Origin: Thainema sp.
Lineage (GTDB): Bacteria; Cyanobacteriota; Cyanobacteriia; Phormidesmidales; Phormidesmidaceae
Assembly (NCBI GenBank): GCA_052168235.1
Contig: JBQLZK010000042.1
Coordinates: 1-64,000, forward strand
DNA: 64,000 nt
Direction: 5' to 3'
Shown piece by piece: positions 58,434-64,000 of the stretch. Every line of letters starts with the position of its first letter. Position 1 is the first letter of the stretch. The notes under the pieces were generated by a model. It saw nothing but the letters and a program-made list of their open reading frames with translations. It ran no database searches and was not told the origin of the DNA. The translations under genes were made by a program, and so were the position numbers.

Positions 58434-59297
58434 TTAAGCGCCAACCACGACGCCACCATTGGGATGAAGCACTTGTCCTGTGATGTAGGACGAATCATCA
58501 TTAGACGCCAAGAAAACAAAGCTGGGTGCGACTTCGCAGGGCTGACCCGGACGCTGCATAGGCACTTGCTTGCCAAATCCCTCTACACCTTCAGCGGGAA
58601 ATGCGTCAGGAATAAAGGGTGTCCAAATAGGGCCAGGAGCAACACCGTTCACGCGAATTCCCTTTTCAAGCATGGGCTGAGCCAGCGAGCGGGTAAACGC
58701 GAGAATTGCGCCTTTGGTTGTGGAGTAGCTTAATAAACTACCGTTGCCCTTATAGGCATTAATTGATGTTGTATTAATGATTGATGCTCCCTTCTTCAAG
58801 TGCTTTAACGCCGCTTTGACAAAGTAGAACATTGAGAAGATGTTAGTACTAAAGATTGAACCCAGGCGAGCTGAATCAATCACATTAATATCTTCTTCTA
58901 AATACTGTTCAGCTGCGTTATTAACCAAAACATCAAGTTGCCCAAGTTGGTCAACTGTTTGTTGTACGGCCTGCTGGCAAAATTCTTCACCGCTAATATC
59001 GCCAGCGATAATCAAACACTTCTGCCCTTCTTGTTCAACCATTTGTTTGGTTGCTTTAGCATCTTCATGCTCGTCTAGGTAGACAATCGCAACATCTGCA
59101 CCTTCACGGGCGTAATGTACAGCAACTGAACGGCCAATACCACTGTCGCCGCCCGTAATTAGAGCAACTTTTCCTTTCAGTTTGTCGCTACCTTTATAGC
59201 TATCCGAAATGACCTCTGGTTTAGGGTTCATTTCTGATTCTAAAGCTGGTTGACGAGATTGGCTCTGGGGTGGAATTTTATTTGGAGTAATAGTCAT
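58434..59297 (-). CDS. SDR oxidoreductase (general stress YdaD/YhdF type)
   Basis: TGGDSGIGR, NNAAEQ, YSTTKGA, PGPIWTP. Confidence 0.93.
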   Translation of the reverse strand: MTITPNKIPPQSQSRQPALESEMNPKPEVISDSYKGSDKLKGKVALITGGDSGIGRSVAVHYAREGADVAIVYLDEHEDAKATKQMVEQEGQKCLIIAGDISGEEFCQQAVQQTVDQLGQLDVLVNNAAEQYLEEDINVIDSARLGSIFSTNIFSMFYFVKAALKHLKKGASIINTTSINAYKGNGSLLSYSTTKGAILAFTRSLAQPMLEKGIRVNGVAPGPIWTPFIPDAFPAEGVEGFGKQVPMQRPGQPCEVAPSFVFLASNDDSSYITGQVLHPNGGVVVGA

Positions 59298-59443
59298 TAT
59301 GAGTTAATCTGCTGAGTCATAGTGTATTCAAACTAGATCTGAAGCTAACAATTTTTAATTTGTATTCAAATCAACCAAAGGAGACATAAGCATTCAACAG
59401 CGCTCTATAGAAAGGAAGCATCTGTCAAATTTCAGTTTATTGA

Positions 59444-60727
59444 CTACTGATCCGGAGTATCAAAAACGGTGACTGAAACAAGTGGAGTTACATTAAATCC
59501 TCTGGCGTTTAATTCGGTTTGAATAGTTTGGCTAAGCTGTTGGCGAATCGCTTCATCTGATAAATTCACATCAGCATGGCGCTGCACATACAAGTTACAT
59601 AGCAACGAATTTTGATCGGAAATATTTGCTCGGGTAAACTCTACATCTGCTTTGACTAAGCTAACCGCTGAACTTTGGTCAACAATTCGATGAATTTCAG
59701 CCGTGGCCCGTTGAGCCTTACTGGATCGCTGGAGATTAGGCGAACTGCCAAACTGCCAAAACAGCAAAATCGCGATCGCACCTATTGTCGTCACCAAACT
59801 AGCCGGAAATACCCAGCGTTTTCCCCGGTTATAACGAGCACCTTGGGGTGATAACCCACCATAGAAACGAAAGATCAGGGTAGCGGATAAATTAATGCCG
59901 ACAAGCTGGAGTAATAGTAGAAAGAGGCCGCTTTGCACCATTGCCCAGCGACCGATGGCAGCGGACATGCCAACGAGTCCTGCCGGAGGAGCTAGAGACG
60001 CAGCTACCAAAATACCGACTGCGGCCCCTGAAACCAAACTGCTGCGCTCAGACTGCACGAGGTTCAGTGAGCCTGCGGCTCCAGCGGCAAGGGGCAGTAA
60101 AACCGATACAGTCGAAATCTGACTGCTACTGACCATCAAGGCAGTAGCAATCTCTTGCTGAAATGCAATGCTCAGCAGAAAACAGGTCACGACTGTAACT
60201 AAAATCGCGCTGAAGTAGCGCAGCAGACCATGAGTGAGTAAATCGCGGTCACCTCTAGCACTTGCGATCGCAACATTCATGGCGGGACCAGCAAACGGCG
60301 CAATCAGCATCGCCGCCACCAGCAGATAGTTGGTGTTAGTGTACAATCCAATCCAGACAACGACGCCAGCCACAACGGAATAACTTAAAAAGCCTTTCCA
60401 CGAGCCGACACTCTGCAAACCCGCTAGAAAAATTTCCAGCGGACTGCGGACAGTCACATCAGTCAGCTTTTGGGGCGCTTCCGACGGTGGTGGTCGCAGC
60501 GGCATGACGCCCCGTGGATGGAGCGTAACATGCAGCTCCGGAATCGATTCGAGTTCGGAGAGAAAGTTTTCAACTCGACGATTTTCAATATAGGCTTCTA
60601 CATGATCAACAGGCTGATCATCTGCGATCTCAGATGACCATGACAAGTTTACGCCACCCTGATCGTGAGCGATGTGATAAATCTTTTCGCCATATCCTTG
60701 CGGTGCGCGAATAGTCAGTTGACGCAT
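59444..60727 (-). CDS. DUF389 domain membrane protein
   Basis: VAAMLIAPF.GP, GILVAASLAPPA. Confidence 0.85.
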   Translation of the reverse strand: MRQLTIRAPQGYGEKIYHIAHDQGGVNLSWSSEIADDQPVDHVEAYIENRRVENFLSELESIPELHVTLHPRGVMPLRPPPSEAPQKLTDVTVRSPLEIFLAGLQSVGSWKGFLSYSVVAGVVVWIGLYTNTNYLLVAAMLIAPFAGPAMNVAIASARGDRDLLTHGLLRYFSAILVTVVTCFLLSIAFQQEIATALMVSSSQISTVSVLLPLAAGAAGSLNLVQSERSSLVSGAAVGILVAASLAPPAGLVGMSAAIGRWAMVQSGLFLLLLQLVGINLSATLIFRFYGGLSPQGARYNRGKRWVFPASLVTTIGAIAILLFWQFGSSPNLQRSSKAQRATAEIHRIVDQSSAVSLVKADVEFTRANISDQNSLLCNLYVQRHADVNLSDEAIRQQLSQTIQTELNARGFNVTPLVSVTVFDTPDQ

Positions 60728-60909
60728 GAACCTAAAGCAAAGTGGATGATTACACTGCCCACATTAGAAGCTGCTGAAACAGCATTCGTCTGCCCTGGGT
60801 GAGAGGCCTTATCGCTCAGCAGGATTGTTTTTATGGTTGACAGGTAACAATTTGGGGTGACAATTTTACGTGTCGGCTTGTTGCTTGTGTTCCTCCGGTC
60901 ACTTACGCT

Positions 60910-61830
60910 ATGCAAATCAACCTTTCTCCACGAGCGGTTAAAGACTGGTCTAAACTCCAGCGGACGCTTGTTCCCTACGGCTTTTTGCTACCCGCTCTGT
61001 TTGTTCTGGGCATCAGCGTTTTCTGGCCCGCCCTACGAGCGTTCTACCTCAGCTTTACGACCTATGGCTATGATCTAACGGCTGCACCGACCTGGGTTGG
61101 GCTCGATAACTTTCAGCGTTTATTAACTGATGCCGTCTTTTGGCAAACGCTGAAGAATACGCTGATTTACCTGATTTGCGCCGTCCCAGTACTGGTGATT
61201 GCCCCCTTGGGCTTAGCGATTCTCGTCAACCAAAAACTGCGCGGCATTCGCTGGTTCCGGGTGGCCTACTACGTGCCCGTGGTGATTTCGATGGTAGTGG
61301 CCGGGATCGCGTGGCGCTGGCTCTATGCCGAAACGGGACTGCTGAATCAAATCTTGCGTTGGCTGGGCCTCTCAGAAGCGGGTATTCCCTGGCTAACCAG
61401 TCCCAATCTGGCTCTATTCAGCGTCATTGTCGTCACTATCTGGAAGGGCTTGGGCTACTACATGGTGATCTATCTAGCTGGGCTACAGTCTATTCCCGAT
61501 GATCTCTATGAAGCCGCATCTATCGATGGCTCCGACGGTTGGCGACGCCATTGGGATATTACACTGCCGCTGATGCGTCCTTATCTGTTCCTGGTGGCGG
61601 TCATTTCGGCCATTTCAGCTACCAAGGTCTTTGAAGAAGTCTACGTGATGACGCGGGGCGGTCCGCTAAACAGCTCAAAGACGATTGTGTATTATGTCTA
61701 CGAGCAGGCATTCGATCCCCAAAATTTTGACATTAGCTACGGCTGTACGATTGGTCTGGTGCTGTTCTTGGTGATTTTGCTGCTGTCGTTTATTCGGTTA
61801 GCCGTGAGCGGCAAGCAGCCAATTGTGTAG
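60910..61830 (+). CDS. Carbohydrate ABC transporter permease (LacF/MalF-like)
   Basis: VGLDNF, GLQSIP..LYEAASIDG, FEEVYVMT.GGP. Confidence 0.92.
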   Translation: MQINLSPRAVKDWSKLQRTLVPYGFLLPALFVLGISVFWPALRAFYLSFTTYGYDLTAAPTWVGLDNFQRLLTDAVFWQTLKNTLIYLICAVPVLVIAPLGLAILVNQKLRGIRWFRVAYYVPVVISMVVAGIAWRWLYAETGLLNQILRWLGLSEAGIPWLTSPNLALFSVIVVTIWKGLGYYMVIYLAGLQSIPDDLYEAASIDGSDGWRRHWDITLPLMRPYLFLVAVISAISATKVFEEVYVMTRGGPLNSSKTIVYYVYEQAFDPQNFDISYGCTIGLVLFLVILLLSFIRLAVSGKQPIV

Positions 61831-61845
61831 TCTGACTGTTTCTTC

Positions 61846-61961
61846 AAATTGCGGCCAAAGCTCGCGCTGCAAGCTTTGGCCGCAATTTATAGTGATTCCA
61901 GTTAAGAGTGAGAAAACGAGAGAGGAGAGTGCCTCAGGATGAGGCACTCTCCTCTCTCGTT
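61846..61961. terminator. Two long hairpins between convergent genes
   Basis: AAATTGCGGCCAAAGC...GCTTTGGCCGCAATTT and AACGAGAGAGGAGAGTGCCTCA-gga-TGAGGCACTCTCCTCTCTCGTT. Confidence 0.65.
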
Positions 61962-61992
61962 CTTATCTAGAACCCCTATAGAATTGGGATTT

Positions 61993-62811
61993 TTACTTCG
62001 AGGCTTGTTGAACTTTGGTGGCCATTAGTGCGATCGCACGATCAGAACTAGCAGCCACGTAGTCATCTCGTTTGTCGTACTGGTCAATGTGACGGCAAAT
62101 CACAATCGGTGGCTTCACACGACAGGTGAAAAATTCAACCGCAACTCGACCGTCTGGAAAAACCTTGACTTTAGGCACCAAATCCTTAGGTGGATCGCCT
62201 TTCCACTGCCACTTCATCTGGTTAGGAATTGTCTCAATCGGTCGGTGGTTTTGCCATTTGCAGTCTGCACCTAGCGCACCAAACTCTTTCAGTTCCCGCC
62301 GCAGAATGGAGGCCACCACAAAAGACATCGGCGATCGATCACCTCTTAAAGCTGTCATTGGATCATCTAAACCCTGTTCCGGCTGAGGCGGATGTCCGCG
62401 ATCGCTGGCATTTTCCATAGCCAGTTCGAGCTGAGTCACCGTTGCCATCTCTTCGGGTACAGCCCAAACTGTATTAATGCCACCCGTTTTACGCCGATGC
62501 AAAAACGTCACCCAGCGCCACCCCTCGCGCAGTTGCAAACTCGGAATTTGTAGCAGTACTGCGGCTGGATTCACGGTGCTGATCAGCCAGCGGCCCTCTT
62601 CATCAAATCCAGCCGATTCGGTTGAGAGTGGACTACCAAATTTGAATAAATCGCCTAAATCATCCAGTGATTCAGGAATGGGCAACTCATCCATGTCGTC
62701 TGGAAAAGTCCAGGCTTCTAAACGTCGTTCTGAATCAGGCAAAGTTAAAGACTGACGAATATGCTGCTGGATTTTCTGAATAGCAGTCAGAGGAAACTTA
62801 TGCAGAGACAT
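61993..62811 (-). CDS. Hypothetical protein
   Basis: Long ORF with host-like composition and HIP1 sites; no family recognised. Confidence 0.7.
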   Translation of the reverse strand: MSLHKFPLTAIQKIQQHIRQSLTLPDSERRLEAWTFPDDMDELPIPESLDDLGDLFKFGSPLSTESAGFDEEGRWLISTVNPAAVLLQIPSLQLREGWRWVTFLHRRKTGGINTVWAVPEEMATVTQLELAMENASDRGHPPQPEQGLDDPMTALRGDRSPMSFVVASILRRELKEFGALGADCKWQNHRPIETIPNQMKWQWKGDPPKDLVPKVKVFPDGRVAVEFFTCRVKPPIVICRHIDQYDKRDDYVAASSDRAIALMATKVQQASK

Positions 62812-63096
62812 AGGATTGGCGAACGATCCGTGATGGGTAGCATGACACTCAGAACATTGCACTGATTAGATCAAGGCAACGATGCATGCTGATGGCTATT
62901 CGATGCTTTAACTAACAGGAATTTATCCTGTTTCTAGCGTACCCATCTAGAACCGCAAGAGATGATGACTTCTAGCAGAACTTATTAGTTTGTAAATTCA
63001 CATTTTGCACAAAACCAGAGAGGCCAGTGTTTCGCCGCTGGCGTAGAACACTGGCCTCTCTATGCTTATGACCGTCACCATCTCGTGGCGCGCTGT

Positions 63097-63534
63097 TTAC
63101 GCAAGCTGATGCTCTTCGGCTTCGAGCTGACGCAATAGAGCCTCATTGCCCTCTGCCTTTGCCACTGCAATCCGGTGGCGGAGCTTGCGATAGATAGACT
63201 CTTGGTGAGCTTGGTAGGTTTCAAACAAGAGATTGCGACGCACAGCCTCAACCGACCGGGTTTTGATAACCTGATCGACAGTGGTTGCCTGTATGGGTTG
63301 GACGGGTCGGGTAGGTGCGATCGCAGGTTTTGCGACCTGGGCTGGAGTGGAGCCGTCGTTCCGGTAGGCTACTCCTCGATACTTCAAGTCATGTACCATC
63401 GTTGGTGCAGGCACGTGACGGGGATATTTGAATTGAACCGTTTGTCCCCGATAGCGGCCATAGAGATTGCTATCTGTGGTTTCGAGTACAGTCGGTTCGT
63501 AATCGTATTGGATACCGCGATAAGTCAGCTTCAT
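63097..63534 (-). CDS. DUF4278 domain protein with a PirA-like C-terminus
   Basis: MKLTYRGIQY, YRG repeats, C-terminal HQESIYRKLRHRIAVAKAEGNEALLRQLEAE; AGGAGG RBS. Confidence 0.85.
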   Translation of the reverse strand: MKLTYRGIQYDYEPTVLETTDSNLYGRYRGQTVQFKYPRHVPAPTMVHDLKYRGVAYRNDGSTPAQVAKPAIAPTRPVQPIQATTVDQVIKTRSVEAVRRNLLFETYQAHQESIYRKLRHRIAVAKAEGNEALLRQLEAEEHQLA

Positions 63535-63565
63535 ATTTCGCCTCCTGAAAATGCATGAGAAGTGA

Positions 63566-63788
63566 GGCGCGTTCCTTCGGACATTGGTTAAGCCCTACTT
63601 CCGTCTGTTCGCTTCGCTCTGGTATGGAGTAGTAATTTAGACAGCAATGTCTACTGTGCGGGCAACGTCCGGACAACAAAAATACTATCTTTAGAAAACT
63701 ACCCGGTACCGAACTGATCTTGGTCAGCTAATCGGGATCAAATCAAGATTGGATGATCAGGACTAGTTGAAGCGAAAAGATGAACGAT
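63566..63788 (-). promoter_or_regulatory. Glutamine riboswitch (glnA motif) with a greatly expanded P2
   Basis: Minus strand: ATCGTTCA-TCTTTTCGCTTC...[153 nt]...GAAGCGAACAGA-CGGAAGTAGGGC-ttaaccaat-GTCCGAAGGAACGCG. Confidence 0.75.
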
Positions 63789-63802
63789 ATCGTAAAACTT
63801 CT

Positions 63803-63816
63803 GTATACAATTTTAC
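63803..63816. promoter_or_regulatory. NtcA-binding site
   Basis: GTA-TACAATTT-TAC (GTA-N8-TAC), about 15 nt upstream of the riboswitch. Confidence 0.6.
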
Positions 63817-63840
63817 TTTTTATGGCTGGTGTCGTCAATC

Positions 63841-63856
63841 TGTGACATGCATCACT
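63841..63856. promoter_or_regulatory. Possible CRP-family site
   Basis: TGTGA-CATGCA-TCACT. Confidence 0.35.
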
Positions 63857-64000
63857 TAATTCTTGTAACCCTTTACCAGAAAGGAATTCAAGCCCTGTGT
63901 CTTTTGCGCAAAGATCTCTCTTCAGAAAGATTTAAGCTTTAGGCGTCTATTCCCAAAGATATTTCTATTTGCTTTATGCTGAAGGGAGTTCCAGTTCACA

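Noticed and set aside
63470..63679. 69-aa minus-strand ORF as a leader peptide
   Set aside because: TTG start without an RBS; it overlaps the riboswitch and the DUF4278 gene out of frame.

Overview
Cyanobacterial chromosome segment, probably from a filamentous strain (the HIP1 octamer GCGATCGC is frequent, and phycobilisome and ATP synthase genes are present). It is mostly core genes: hisG, clpS, crtH, sufU, the atp1-a-c-b'-b-delta-alpha-gamma ATP synthase operon, apcE, acsF, rbgA/ylqF, pgk, rpsF, a PBP1A, nadE and ABC transporters. Small accessory patches lie at 1-0.7 kb, 9.4-12.4 kb, 48.9-52.3 kb and 56.6-60.7 kb. Palindromic dispersed repeats (REP-like, SDR-like and MITE) are common. No rRNA, tRNA, CRISPR array or intact transposase was found. 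Strongest candidates for new biology: (i) a promoter, a ~230-nt leader with mutually exclusive pairings and a small conserved-looking gene at 11.6-12.15 kb; (ii) a glnA-type glutamine riboswitch with a ~153-nt insertion in P2, under an NtcA box, upstream of a DUF4278/PirA-like gene; (iii) a phytochrome carrying both bilin-attachment cysteines and an altered PRxSF tongue; (iv) an AT-rich DUF3800 gene in a REP-rich spot. All family assignments come from motif recognition by eye, not from database searches.
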